A stretch of DNA of 64,000 bases, taken from positions 192,001-256,000 of the forward strand of contig JAZIGN010000003.1 of NCBI GenBank assembly GCA_036679065.1, written 5' to 3'. Of the stretch, positions 39,507 to 49,871 are shown one piece after another. The notes below the pieces were generated by a model. That model was not told the origin of the DNA, ran no database searches, and saw only the letters and a program-made list of their open reading frames with translations. The position numbers were made by a program, and so were the translations under genes. Numbering within the stretch: position 1 is the first letter of the stretch; each line of letters starts with the position of its first letter. Origin of the DNA: Coprothermobacterota bacterium. Lineage in GTDB: Bacteria > Coprothermobacterota > Coprothermobacteria > Coprothermobacterales > Coprothermobacteraceae.

Positions 39507-41597
39507 CTAAACTTTGAAGGTCTTTCTCATTCTAAACTCTTCCTTCTTACCATGATTCCACTGCTTTACAGGTCGCAAATAGCCTACAACCCTCGAGTAA
39601 ACCTCGGTCTCACTGCCGCACTCTGGACACTTACCATGCTCACCTGAAAGATAACCATGGTTCGGGCATATGCTGAATGTTGGTGTAACAGTAAAGTAAG
39701 GGAGTCTATACTTCTCACAGATTCTTTTCACCAGTAACTTTACCGTACTTGGGTCAGAGATCCTTTCTCCCACAAACAAGTGCATCACTGTGCCACCAGT
39801 GTATTTTGTTTGCAGCTCATCCTGTAAATCCAATGCTTCAAATATGTCATCAGTGTAGTTAACAGGTAGCTGAGTGGAGTTGGTATAAAAAGGCTCCGCA
39901 CCTTCTTTCCAATGTGCTTCGTTTGCACAGACGATATCTGGATATTTCTCCTTATCAATTTTGGCCAATCGGTAAGAAGTGCCCTCTGCTGGCGTGGCTT
40001 CCAAGTTGTAGTTGTTAGATGTTTCTTCTTGATATTGAATGAGCCTCTCACGCATGAAATCAAGCGTTTTTAAAGCGAACTGGTGTCCTTCTTCACTGCC
40101 AATATCAGTTCCAAGTAGATTTAGGCAAGCTTCATTCATGCCAATGAGGCCGATGGTGGAGAAGTGATTCTTCCAGTAACCGCCAAACGTATTCTTAATG
40201 TCCTTTAGATAAAACTTTGTGTAAGGATAAAGTCCCTGTTCTGTGAACCGTTCTAAGACCTTTCTCTTTATCTCGAGGCTGTTCTTGGCTAAATCCATCA
40301 TCTTTGCCAGTGCCTCAAAAAACTCCTCTTCGCTGTGGCACAAATATGCCAATCTGGGCAGATTTATAGTGACCACACCAATGCTTCCTGTTTTCGGATT
40401 AGCTCCGAACAACCCTCCGCCTTTTCTTTCCAGTTTCTGAGTATTGATTCGCAGTCGGCAGCACATGGATCTCACATCTTCCGGCTTCATATCGGAGTTG
40501 ATGAAGTTGGAGAAATAGGGTATGCCGTACTTTGCCGTAATTTCCCACAGAAGCTCCATATTCTCGTTGTCCCAGTCAAAGTCCTCGGTAATGTTGTAAG
40601 TAGGAATGGGAAAGGTGAAAGGCCTTCCTTTAGCATCACCCTCCAACATGACTTCCAAGAAAGCTCTGTTAAGCATGTCCATTTCCTTTTGGAAGTCGCC
40701 GTAGACGGCTTCTTGAAACTCACCTCCTATAATGACGGGCTGATTAGCTAAGTGCTTTGGTGGTGTGAGGTCCAGAGTAATGTTCGTAAAAGGTGTTTGG
40801 AAACCCACCCTCGTGGGCACGTTAACGTTGAAAAGGAATTCTTGCATGGCTTGCTTGACCTCGCGATAGGACAAACCATCGTATCTAATAAAAGGGGCGA
40901 GTAACGTATCAAAATTGGAAAAAGCTTGAGCTCCAGCAGCCTCTCCTTGAAGCGTGTAGAAGAAGTTTACTACCTGCCCCAGGGCACTGCGGAAGTGCTT
41001 AGCTGGTTTGCTTTCCACTTTTCCCGAGCCTGCGCCCTTGAATCCATAACGGAGTAGGTCGATTAAATCCCAGCCAACGCAGTAAACCGAAAGAGTTCCC
41101 AAATCATGTATGTGAAAATCGCCGTTTAGATGCGCTTGCCTTATTTCCTTCGGGTAAATACGGTTAAGCCAATAAACCTTACTGATTTCAGAAGACATGT
41201 AGTTGTTCAAGCCCTGCAAAGAAAATGACATGTTGCTGTTTTCATTAACCTGCCAGTCAATACGTTCAAGGTATTGATCCACTAAATCGGAGTTAGCTTT
41301 TGAAACGATTTCTCTCATTTTGGCATGATCTTCTCGATAAATTATGTAAGCTTTGGCTGTTTTGCGGTAAGGAGAATCCAAGAGGACTTCTTCTACTATG
41401 TCTTGAATTTGTTCTACCGATGGGATTTCTTCCTTGATTACAGTTTGAGCCACGTTTACTACCTTTATCATTAGCTTTTGCGCAACGTCCCTGTCAAATT
41501 CTCCTGTAGCTTGTCCAGCTTTTGCTATGGCATTTGTTATTTTCTCTGCTTCAAAAGGCACAATGCGGCCGTCTCTTTTTCGGATACTCTCAAACAT
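39507..41597 (-). CDS. nrdD: Class III ribonucleoside-triphosphate reductase with ATP-cone
   Basis: KRDG ATP-cone, RSMCCRL, C-terminal zinc Cys and YSRVVGY glycyl-radical loop. Confidence 0.96.
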   Translation of the reverse strand: MFESIRKRDGRIVPFEAEKITNAIAKAGQATGEFDRDVAQKLMIKVVNVAQTVIKEEIPSVEQIQDIVEEVLLDSPYRKTAKAYIIYREDHAKMREIVSKANSDLVDQYLERIDWQVNENSNMSFSLQGLNNYMSSEISKVYWLNRIYPKEIRQAHLNGDFHIHDLGTLSVYCVGWDLIDLLRYGFKGAGSGKVESKPAKHFRSALGQVVNFFYTLQGEAAGAQAFSNFDTLLAPFIRYDGLSYREVKQAMQEFLFNVNVPTRVGFQTPFTNITLDLTPPKHLANQPVIIGGEFQEAVYGDFQKEMDMLNRAFLEVMLEGDAKGRPFTFPIPTYNITEDFDWDNENMELLWEITAKYGIPYFSNFINSDMKPEDVRSMCCRLRINTQKLERKGGGLFGANPKTGSIGVVTINLPRLAYLCHSEEEFFEALAKMMDLAKNSLEIKRKVLERFTEQGLYPYTKFYLKDIKNTFGGYWKNHFSTIGLIGMNEACLNLLGTDIGSEEGHQFALKTLDFMRERLIQYQEETSNNYNLEATPAEGTSYRLAKIDKEKYPDIVCANEAHWKEGAEPFYTNSTQLPVNYTDDIFEALDLQDELQTKYTGGTVMHLFVGERISDPSTVKLLVKRICEKYRLPYFTVTPTFSICPNHGYLSGEHGKCPECGSETEVYSRVVGYLRPVKQWNHGKKEEFRMRKTFKV

Positions 41598-41710
41598 AAA
41601 AGAATACCTCCTTCTTTGTAGATCCCCATAACATTCTATTTGATTTGTAAGGTTAGTGTTTCGGTTGAGCCCTTTTTTGGCGTGATACGTTAACAGCCGT
41701 TTTGTCTTTG

Positions 41711-42346
41711 TTAAGGTATCAATTCTCTGAGGGCTTTAGCGGCACCAGTGATATCCTTCTGAGAAACCACCGCAGATATTACAGCAATACCTATGGCTCC
41801 AGCATCCAATACAATTTTTGCGTTGTTCACATTTATTCCTCCGATGGCAACACAGGGCAAAGAAGTGCTTTGACAAATCATTTTGAGCATGTCAACACCT
41901 GTTAGCTTAGCATCGGGTTTGCTTGCAGTACCAAAAACGTCTCCCACACCCAAGTAGTCTGCGCCGCCTTTCTCTGCTAACTTTGCCTGTTCCACGTTTA
42001 CTGCTGAGATGCCTATAATAAATCCAGGAGGTGCTAGTTTTTTTGCCGCATGCAGGGGTAAATCTTCTTGCCCTAAATGCACTCCGTCAGCTTCGGCAGC
42101 CAATGCCACATCAAGCCTATCATTTACGATGAAAAGCACATTGTTTTCTTTGCAAACGTCTTTTATCACCAGAGCTGCTTGATAGTAATCCCGCCCTTTC
42201 ATTTCTTTGTCACGCAACTGTATGGCCGTTGCTCCACCTGCTATGGCTAACTGAGCTTGCTGTCTTAAGGGAACGCCGTTTCCCAGTTTTCTATCCAATA
42301 TGACATACAGTTTTAACTTTTCTTTGAGCTGTTCCTTTGTAACCAT
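41711..42346 (-). CDS. thiE: Thiamine-phosphate synthase
   Basis: QLRDK, IVNDRLD, GVHLGQED, AIGGI; start MVTKE. Confidence 0.95.
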   Translation of the reverse strand: MVTKEQLKEKLKLYVILDRKLGNGVPLRQQAQLAIAGGATAIQLRDKEMKGRDYYQAALVIKDVCKENNVLFIVNDRLDVALAAEADGVHLGQEDLPLHAAKKLAPPGFIIGISAVNVEQAKLAEKGGADYLGVGDVFGTASKPDAKLTGVDMLKMICQSTSLPCVAIGGINVNNAKIVLDAGAIGIAVISAVVSQKDITGAAKALRELIP

Positions 42347-42350
42347 GGTT

Positions 42351-43163
42351 TCATACCTCCATAAGTTCCCACTGTGGGAAAGAGAAAGCGTGTGGATTCT
42401 GCGTAATTTGGTACATAACATCGAACATTCGAATGCGAAATGTTCCTGGTCCATCTGATTGCTCTGCAGCTATTTGAGATGCAGCACCCATCAATGAAAG
42501 AGCTGACATAGCAGCAGGCAGCGGTTCTGTCACTGATAAGCAAGCCGCCATAAGCGTACCAGCCCAGCAACCCGACCCTGAAATTCTGGTAAGCCATTCA
42601 TGGCCGCTTCTAAGGACATAGACCCTTTCACCGTCTGAAACATAATCATCAGGGCCCGTTGCTGCTGCAATGCAATTGTACTTCTGAGCTACTGTTTTCG
42701 CTGCAATGGCTGCTGGTGGTGAACCCACCGAATCTACCCCTCGGACTTCTGCACGTTCACCTGCTAGCAGGGAGATTTCACCACCGTTACCTTTTACAAT
42801 GCTAAAGGCTCCTGTTTCAAGAAGTCTTTCCACAAGGTTTATACGCAGCTTTGTTGCACCATAGCCTACGGGATCCAAAATTGCCGGTTTGCCTAATCGT
42901 TTTGCTGTATGGGCTGCACTCAACATGGCTTCATTAGCTTCCTTTGAGGGTGTACCAATGTTTATCAAGACTGCATTAGCAATATTTACCATTTCTGCTG
43001 CTTCTTCAAAAGACAGCGACATAACAGGCGAAGCACCTATGGCCAATGTTAGGTGTGCTTGCTCTGCCATGGCAACCATGTTTGTCATGTGATAAACCAG
43101 TGGTTTTGTAGAAACTACGTGTTCCAAAATCTCCTTAATATTTACAGAGGGTTGACCAATCAT
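42351..43163 (-). CDS. thiM: Hydroxyethylthiazole kinase
   Basis: [26 protein letters not shown]. Confidence 0.93.
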   Translation of the reverse strand: MIGQPSVNIKEILEHVVSTKPLVYHMTNMVAMAEQAHLTLAIGASPVMSLSFEEAAEMVNIANAVLINIGTPSKEANEAMLSAAHTAKRLGKPAILDPVGYGATKLRINLVERLLETGAFSIVKGNGGEISLLAGERAEVRGVDSVGSPPAAIAAKTVAQKYNCIAAATGPDDYVSDGERVYVLRSGHEWLTRISGSGCWAGTLMAACLSVTEPLPAAMSALSLMGAASQIAAEQSDGPGTFRIRMFDVMYQITQNPHAFSFPQWELMEV

Positions 43164-43191
43164 TACAATTCCTCCTTTTTAGGCAGAAAAA

Positions 43192-44007
43192 CTAATCTTC
43201 TCGTAACCAGTCAATGTCAAAAATGTGACCTACACAGCCATAACCTTTTCCTCCCTTAAACCTGTGTTCAATTCCTAGCCTGGTGTAATCAATAGCTCTT
43301 TTAACAGCTTCTACTGTTTCAGTGTTAGCTGCAAGCTCGGCTGTTATGGCAGCAGAGAGCGTACAGCCTGTGCCATGATGGTCTAGAGTATCTATTTTTT
43401 CGTGTGTGAATGTGTAGAATTCGCCTTCGTAATAGAAAAGGTCAACCAATTGCTTCTCTTCCAAATGTCCTCCTTTTACCAGTACACTTTGAGGCCCTAG
43501 TTTAGATATGGCCTTAGCCGCTTTTTTCATATCCTCTGAGGACTTAATGGTGATACCAGTTAGTATTTGTGCTTCAGGTATATTTGGGGTCACTATAAAA
43601 GCTAAGGGAAGTAGTTTTTCCTCAAGTGCTTTCACTGCGTCACCAAAGATTAATGAATCTCCACTTTGGGCTACCATTACTGGATCTACGACCAGTTTTT
43701 TACAATTGTATTCGCTAAGAGCTTTGGCTACTTCTGAAATAGTCTCCTCTCTGGAGAGCATACCTGTTTTAACTGCTCCCACAGAAAAATCTTTTAAAAC
43801 GGCGTCTATTTGTGCCCTTACGCCATCAGGTGGAATGTCAAATACTCCATGTACCCCTTTGCTGTTCTGTGCGGTTACTGCAGTGATCGCTACAGTCCCA
43901 AAAACGTGTAAATGCAGGAACGTGGCTAAGTCTGCTTCAATACCTGCTCCACCGCCAGAATCACTTCCAGCAATGGTCATTGCTATACCCCTATAATCCA
44001 CAAACAT
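43192..44007 (-). CDS. thiD: Hydroxymethylpyrimidine/phosphomethylpyrimidine kinase
   Basis: IAGSDSGGGAGIEAD, DPVM, KGGH, HGTGC; exact start uncertain. Confidence 0.95.
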   Translation of the reverse strand: MFVDYRGIAMTIAGSDSGGGAGIEADLATFLHLHVFGTVAITAVTAQNSKGVHGVFDIPPDGVRAQIDAVLKDFSVGAVKTGMLSREETISEVAKALSEYNCKKLVVDPVMVAQSGDSLIFGDAVKALEEKLLPLAFIVTPNIPEAQILTGITIKSSEDMKKAAKAISKLGPQSVLVKGGHLEEKQLVDLFYYEGEFYTFTHEKIDTLDHHGTGCTLSAAITAELAANTETVEAVKRAIDYTRLGIEHRFKGGKGYGCVGHIFDIDWLRED

Positions 44008-44069
44008 CACCTCTGAATACAAACGACTAATGTCCTATTATTTTCGCAGAGGGAAGAGCCTTTCAAGTA

Positions 44070-44705
44070 TTATTTCTTTGCCCTTACTACCACAAATGAG
44101 CCTTTACCGTAACCCGGCTGTGGTTTTTGTACCTCACCAGGCTTTGTCTCCTCTTGGAACACTGTCTGGCAGAAGGAGAGGTTCTTAAAACCTGCTTGCT
44201 GCAGCACGGCGCTGACTTCTTCTACAGAGTAAAATGTGGCTTCCTTGTAAAATACATCCTCATTTTTGCGCTGCTCATACATTTTGCCTATGGGGCTGTT
44301 TTTATCGATGAAAGCTATGACAATGCACCCTCCAGGTTTTAATGCCCTGTACGCCTCGCTCAGCGCTTTTCCCACATCATTAAGGAAGCATATGACCGTT
44401 ACCATCAGGACAAAATCAAAAGAACCATCTTCGAAAGGAAGCGCCTCAGCCATGCCTTCCGCTACTTCAATGCCCCGCTTGCGAGCCAAGGAACCCATGC
44501 TCTTGGATGGCTCCAGACCCAGCTTTATGCCAAGCTGTGATGCAAACCTGCCTGTGCCCACACCAATCTCAATACCCGTGCCACCCTTAGGCAGCATCCT
44601 CTTTACTGCTTCCAGTTCGCTGAGGTACACGAGCTCGTTTTCATCAAACCAAGCGTCGTATTCCTTTGCATGCTTTTCAAACGGCGCAATCTTTTTCATA
44701 TTCAT
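44070..44705 (-). CDS. Class I SAM-dependent methyltransferase
   Basis: EIGVGTGRF, AEALPFEDGSFD. Confidence 0.9.
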   Translation of the reverse strand: MNMKKIAPFEKHAKEYDAWFDENELVYLSELEAVKRMLPKGGTGIEIGVGTGRFASQLGIKLGLEPSKSMGSLARKRGIEVAEGMAEALPFEDGSFDFVLMVTVICFLNDVGKALSEAYRALKPGGCIVIAFIDKNSPIGKMYEQRKNEDVFYKEATFYSVEEVSAVLQQAGFKNLSFCQTVFQEETKPGEVQKPQPGYGKGSFVVVRAKK

Positions 44706-44746
44706 GTGATTGATTCTCCCTCTTTAAAAAGCTTTCTTAGGTAAGC

Positions 44747-45682
44747 CTAAGCTGCTTCCCCAGGCACTTTCTGCTCCACGTTTCTCATCATAAGGAGAGC
44801 TGCTATGAGGAATGGCACTGTTATGGCGATCTGTACCAGGAATGTTGCCACGGTGAGGTTGCCACTTGCTCCTGCTTGTGTACTGCTCATCATTTTCGAA
44901 AGTGCTTCAGGCGAAAGAATAGCGTAGAAAATGAAGGAGGCGAAATCTATTAAACCATGGATTATGGAAGGAGCTATCAGGTTTTTGCTGAGAACATAGA
45001 TAGCAGCCAGGTAAAGACCAAGCATAAATGCTTGTATGACGTTAGCAAAGACTGGGAGGAAGTTTGGGTTCATAACAAGGTTGAAAAAATGTGCCAATGC
45101 AAAAATGGCTGAAGACCACAGCATGGCTTTCTTGCTGCCATCTTTAACTCCAAGTAGTTTCACGTTTATGGCGTTTAGCACAAATCCACGAACCAGTATT
45201 TCCTCAAGAAGACCTGTCGTCAGTGCAGAAAAAAGCACTATGAGCACATGTAACGGGTTTGGACTGACGAATAATGTTTTATCTTGTCCCATGTAATTTA
45301 GGCTAAACAACAGCCCAGCGAATATGTAAGCAAGCCAACCGAGTTTAAGCCCTTTCCACAAGGTCTTACTGGTAAATTCGTCTTTGTAAAACAAGTGGTT
45401 CCTTTTCATGATCCATATGACAAGCAAAGAAAGAACCATCTGCACAGCTCCCGTTGACAAGCAGTATTCCATCAGATAACCTTGAGCCATTCTATCTGCA
45501 AAAAGGTTCTGTAGGATGGAACTGGCTGCTCCCAAAGCCAAAAAGACGATCAACGTAATCAGCACTATGTACGCGTAGCTTCTTTCTGTCAAGGCTTTCA
45601 CCATCCTTTTGCAAGCTTCTGCATAAACCGACTGACGCTCATACACATTATGGCCCTTTTGGCTATTATTGTTAAGCGGCAT
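44747..45682 (-). CDS. CPBP (CAAX/Abi) intramembrane metalloprotease
   Basis: EEILVRG, FALAH, HGLID motifs. Confidence 0.88.
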   Translation of the reverse strand: MPLNNNSQKGHNVYERQSVYAEACKRMVKALTERSYAYIVLITLIVFLALGAASSILQNLFADRMAQGYLMEYCLSTGAVQMVLSLLVIWIMKRNHLFYKDEFTSKTLWKGLKLGWLAYIFAGLLFSLNYMGQDKTLFVSPNPLHVLIVLFSALTTGLLEEILVRGFVLNAINVKLLGVKDGSKKAMLWSSAIFALAHFFNLVMNPNFLPVFANVIQAFMLGLYLAAIYVLSKNLIAPSIIHGLIDFASFIFYAILSPEALSKMMSSTQAGASGNLTVATFLVQIAITVPFLIAALLMMRNVEQKVPGEAA

Positions 45683-45804
45683 AGCTAACTAAGACTTCGG
45701 AGGAAGCAAGGGAGTTGAAAACGGAGCTTCACATGGTAGTTCATTGTCGCTGATCGGCAGAAGAAACCGCTCAAAGGTCCACGAAAAGTATTTGGATGAG
45801 CGCG

Positions 45805-45924
45805 GTCACCAAAAACTATTAGCAGAGCACCGTTCTTTGCGCATTGTTCAATATAGCCTGTTATTCTTGCAAAGTTCATATCCGTGTTGGCACTTACACA
45901 GTTCACTACAAGGGCAGCTTTCAT
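45805..45924 (-). pseudogene. N-terminal fragment of a carbon-nitrogen hydrolase (nitrilase family)
   Basis: MKAALV..NFARI..IEQCAKNGALLIVFG resembles the family N-terminus; similarity ends at the catalytic Glu position. Confidence 0.55.
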
Positions 45925-46240
45925 TCGATTTCATTTCGCAGCTTAATGATAGTCCCAGAATCGCACGCTCAATGCGGGTAATTCTTGGCGGTTACTCACT
46001 TTTCGTGTTTATGTGGTTTCATATGCAGCTGGAGAGTAGTTTCTTCTAAGAAAAAGATTAATTGTTTTGTTAAATCATGATTCCCGAGTTTAAGCGAAAA
46101 CTTTCACTTATCTTAATGTTAAAATGCGGACGTATGGTTATAAATATGAGTGGCATATATTTGCGTGAGAATGTGACAAAGTTAAGAAAACAGAAGTTCA
46201 TGCTTAGTTGCCAATCTTGTGTATAAAAAGGAGAGATAAA

Positions 46241-48235
46241 ATGAGTACGACAGTTTATGTAATTGGTCTAATAGTAGCCATTTGCATGATACTTCTCAAT
46301 ATTGACGACGTTATTTGGGATATTGGCTATCACTTTATTGTTAGACGTCAAAGAAAGGAAGAAAGATTGCCCATTGCAATGTTGGACGATTTACCTCCTA
46401 AGCTATTGGCAATTGTGATAGCCGCTTGGCATGAAGAGAATGTTCTTGGGCAAGTAATCGACCACATGATAGCCACGGTTCATTATCCGAGATCCATGTA
46501 CCGTGTGTTTTTAGGTGTTTACCCAAATGATCCCGCGACCATTGAAGTGGCTGAAAAACTGGCGCAAAAGTATGAAAATGTCCAAGTGGTCATAAATCCA
46601 AAACCCGGTCCCACCTCAAAAGCACAAAACCTGAACCACATAATTGATTCACTTCATGATTTTGAAAAAGAGCACTTTTGCAGATTTGCTGCAGTTACTG
46701 TGCATGATTCTGAAGACGTGGTTCATCCATACGAACTCAAGTTTACAAACTTTTTAATTGACCAATATGACTCCTTGCAGTTTCCCGTTTTTCCACTTCA
46801 AAGAAAACCCAATTGGAAAAACTTCTTTAGTGAGATTACTTCTGGAACATATGCAGATGAATTTGCTGAAAACCATTACAGGTACATGGTCATGAGGAGT
46901 AGCACACAGGCAGTCGTTCCTTCGGCTGGAACCGGTTTTGTCATATCAAGAACAGTGTTTGATTATTACAAAAACAAACCACTATTTACAGAAGGTAGTT
47001 TGACTGAAGATTACAAATTTTCTGTGGATTTAGCAAAGCATGGTTTCAACGTTCACTACGTACTCGAGAAAGTGCCGCGCCTTTTAAACACCGGGAAGCT
47101 CAAATGGGATTACGTGGCCACACGCAGTTTGTTCCCAAAAACCTTTGGTGCCGCAGTCAAACAGAAAACACGCTGGATTTACGGTATTACCATGCAGTCC
47201 TTACATATCAGGGATATTTTTTCCAAGGAGAATAAACTCAATCTTGTTCAGAGATGGGCGTTATATAAAGATTGGAAAAGCAAATTCGTGAACATACTGG
47301 TATTGCCTGCCTACATAATCCTTGTTTATTTCTTGGTTTCTCTTTTTGTTCCGCTACCAGCTGTTTATCCCATGTGGTCTTTGTCTTGGTGGCTTTCTTT
47401 AGGCCTCACCTTTGTCATGCTTTATAAACAGTTTATGAGGGGCTTAGCTGTCTATCATGTTTACGGTCTTAGAAGCATGATAGCAGCATGTTTGATTCCG
47501 CCAGTTCTTCCGTTGAGGTTAATCTGGGGTAACCTGATCAACTTCACAGCAACGGCCAAAGCTTGGAGTTGGTATTTCTTTGGAGTGGGTACTGGAAAAG
47601 CCAAACAGACGAGCATAAAGTGGAATAAAACCGAACACGAATTTTTGGAACAACATGTTCTTTACACCTACTACAGGAATTTGGGAGACGTATTGCTGGA
47701 GAAGCAGTACATTGAACCTAAAGCTCTGCAGGAAGCGCTCGAGAAGGCACATGCAGAGAATAAGCGACTAGGTGAGGTACTTTTGGGAAATGGCTACGTG
47801 AATGAGGAAATGCTCGCCCGGTCATTAGCTGCAAGCACACATAAGCTGTTTGTCAAGGATATTCATGTGTATGATCCAAAACTGCCTAAAGAGTTTGATA
47901 CAAGCAAGATGGTGGCAGGGCTATTTTACCCTCTGATGAAGCTTGACAACAGCTGCGTTGTTGCTGAAACGGTGTTCTCAGATCCGGAGTCGTATCGCTG
48001 TGAATTGGATGGCACTCATAAAATTCACACAGTCTATACCACAACTAAGCAAATACAAAATGCTTGCGCGGGCAATCTGCAACTAAACCCCAGGGATCAG
48101 CAGTTCTCGATGCGTGTTAGGAATTTGCTTAACGAGGGTGTAATAACCTGGGAGCAAGCAGTTATCGCTTTGGAAAACAGAGATTTTGCTTTTGATGTGC
48201 TTGAGTACATGGGCGTTGGGCTAACTGTTGCTTAG
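46241..48235 (+). CDS. NfrB-like GT2 glycosyltransferase with MshEN c-di-GMP-binding domain
   Basis: AAWHEENV, GPTSKA, HDSED, TEDY, QKTRW; LGDVLL..L..AL and RLGEVLLGNGYV..ML..SL tandem MshEN motifs. Confidence 0.85.
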   Translation: MSTTVYVIGLIVAICMILLNIDDVIWDIGYHFIVRRQRKEERLPIAMLDDLPPKLLAIVIAAWHEENVLGQVIDHMIATVHYPRSMYRVFLGVYPNDPATIEVAEKLAQKYENVQVVINPKPGPTSKAQNLNHIIDSLHDFEKEHFCRFAAVTVHDSEDVVHPYELKFTNFLIDQYDSLQFPVFPLQRKPNWKNFFSEITSGTYADEFAENHYRYMVMRSSTQAVVPSAGTGFVISRTVFDYYKNKPLFTEGSLTEDYKFSVDLAKHGFNVHYVLEKVPRLLNTGKLKWDYVATRSLFPKTFGAAVKQKTRWIYGITMQSLHIRDIFSKENKLNLVQRWALYKDWKSKFVNILVLPAYIILVYFLVSLFVPLPAVYPMWSLSWWLSLGLTFVMLYKQFMRGLAVYHVYGLRSMIAACLIPPVLPLRLIWGNLINFTATAKAWSWYFFGVGTGKAKQTSIKWNKTEHEFLEQHVLYTYYRNLGDVLLEKQYIEPKALQEALEKAHAENKRLGEVLLGNGYVNEEMLARSLAASTHKLFVKDIHVYDPKLPKEFDTSKMVAGLFYPLMKLDNSCVVAETVFSDPESYRCELDGTHKIHTVYTTTKQIQNACAGNLQLNPRDQQFSMRVRNLLNEGVITWEQAVIALENRDFAFDVLEYMGVGLTVA

Positions 48236-48257
48236 GTCAAGGGGGAAGCAATAAAAC

Positions 48258-49857
48258 CTAATGATGAAGCCGTTTATGTTGCTTTCTTAGTTTTTTGTGA
48301 ACCTCATCAGCAGCTAATTTGCCTGTGAGAATACATGTGGGTATCCCTGATGATCCAAAGGTCCATTGTCCTGCCTGATAAAGACCTTTGAAGGGCGTAA
48401 AGACAGCTTTTGCAATCTTGTCCAGATTTGTTTCACACGGTAGTACTGTGTTTGTAAATGCCCAACCAGTAATTGCACCTTCAGAATTTCCAGTGATACG
48501 TTCAATGCTTAATGGTGTAGAACAATTGCTAAACAGTACTTTTGTTTTTATTCCAGGAAAAACCGAGCTATCAAGGGTATCAATGATGGTTCTTTCACAT
48601 TGTTCTTTGAACTCGGAGTACCAACCTTGTAAAGTTGCAATCTTTGCAACGTCATAGTCTATTAAAGAACTCACAATTAGGCCAGTATGGCCTGGTGGTG
48701 CCAGTGATGGATCTCTAGGTGCTGGGCAAGATATTTCATAAGTAGTGTGCTTAAAATAGTCGCTGATCCAGTGCATGATTACGTCTCTTGGTGCATCTGG
48801 ACATGCTTGAATTGGATCGGGAAGGGAAAACAAACCATTTGTATTTGGTGTGTAGAATAGATGCGGTCCAGAACGTTTTCTGAAAAACTCACTGTCCATA
48901 TCAAGTGCTAAGAACACAGTAATCACAGAATCACTTCCGTGGCACCTGCTTAGTAATTCTCGTCTATCAGAAATCTTCTTGCCTAACTTCGGATCGTTGG
49001 TTTCTAGCACATTGTAAAGGGTTTTTTGATCACATGCCCAAACAAGCTCTTCGTAGGAAAATTCTTCGCCGTCGGTTGAAGTAACAACTTTATGGTCCAG
49101 GTCTACTTTGGTTACAGCAGTATCAATAAGAATTTTCCCATCATGTGACTCAATGTAACTGCTTAGTGCCTGTGGTAGTACACCGGTTCCGCCTTTGGGG
49201 TAAAAGTAATCCATGTACAGACCAAAGTAACTAAGTGCGAAGAAGGCAGGCGTCTTCTTGAAAAAATGTTGTGTGATCATGTCAACAAGCTGCCTGTTGT
49301 CTGTGAACTTCATTAGGTACTCATCAACTGGTTGGTTCAACTTCTTAATTTGCTTTAGATTTCTTTTGTATTTGACCAACCAAGGGAGCAACGTATGCAA
49401 TAAGTATTGGGTATCATTGGTCAAATCTGAGAAAAGTGGATTATCTATGCCATACATGACGTTCATATAACTCGTTGTCTTGTCAATCTCTTGCATGATT
49501 CTCTCTATATCGTGGGCATTTTGCGAGAAAAGCCTTTTAAGCATATTGCCATAATCATGCAAGCTCTCCTGTGAAGAAATTTCCACAAACTCATCCTCAA
49601 TGCCTATGGTAACAGGATTACTGAGGATTTCCATGTCGATACCGAGTTGCTTTAACATGGGCAATATGATGCCTGAGTTTTCGAAAGCTCGTGCACCAAA
49701 ATCAAAGACGAAGCCATCTTTTTCAAAGGATCCAACAAGACCGCCAACCCTTTTGGACTTTTCCAATAGCAGCACACTATGGCCATATCTGCATAAGTAG
49801 CACGCCGCTGTTAAACCTGCTATACCTCCCCCCGACTACTACGGAGTCAAACTTCAT
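48258..49857 (-). pseudogene. CrtI/phytoene-desaturase-like FAD oxidoreductase with +1 frameshift in a G6 run
   Basis: ATG 49857 MKFDSVVVG; removing one G at 49828-49833 restores GGGIAGLTAA..VLLLEK; C-terminal LYQAGQWT. Confidence 0.85.
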
Positions 49858-49871
49858 TGAGTCTTTATAAT

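Noticed and set aside
41598..41710. NrdR boxes upstream of nrdD
   Set aside because: No convincing tandem match to the consensus
44008..44070. TPP riboswitch upstream of thiDME
   Set aside because: Intergenic space is only ~60 nt and has no CTGAGA/ACCTG core
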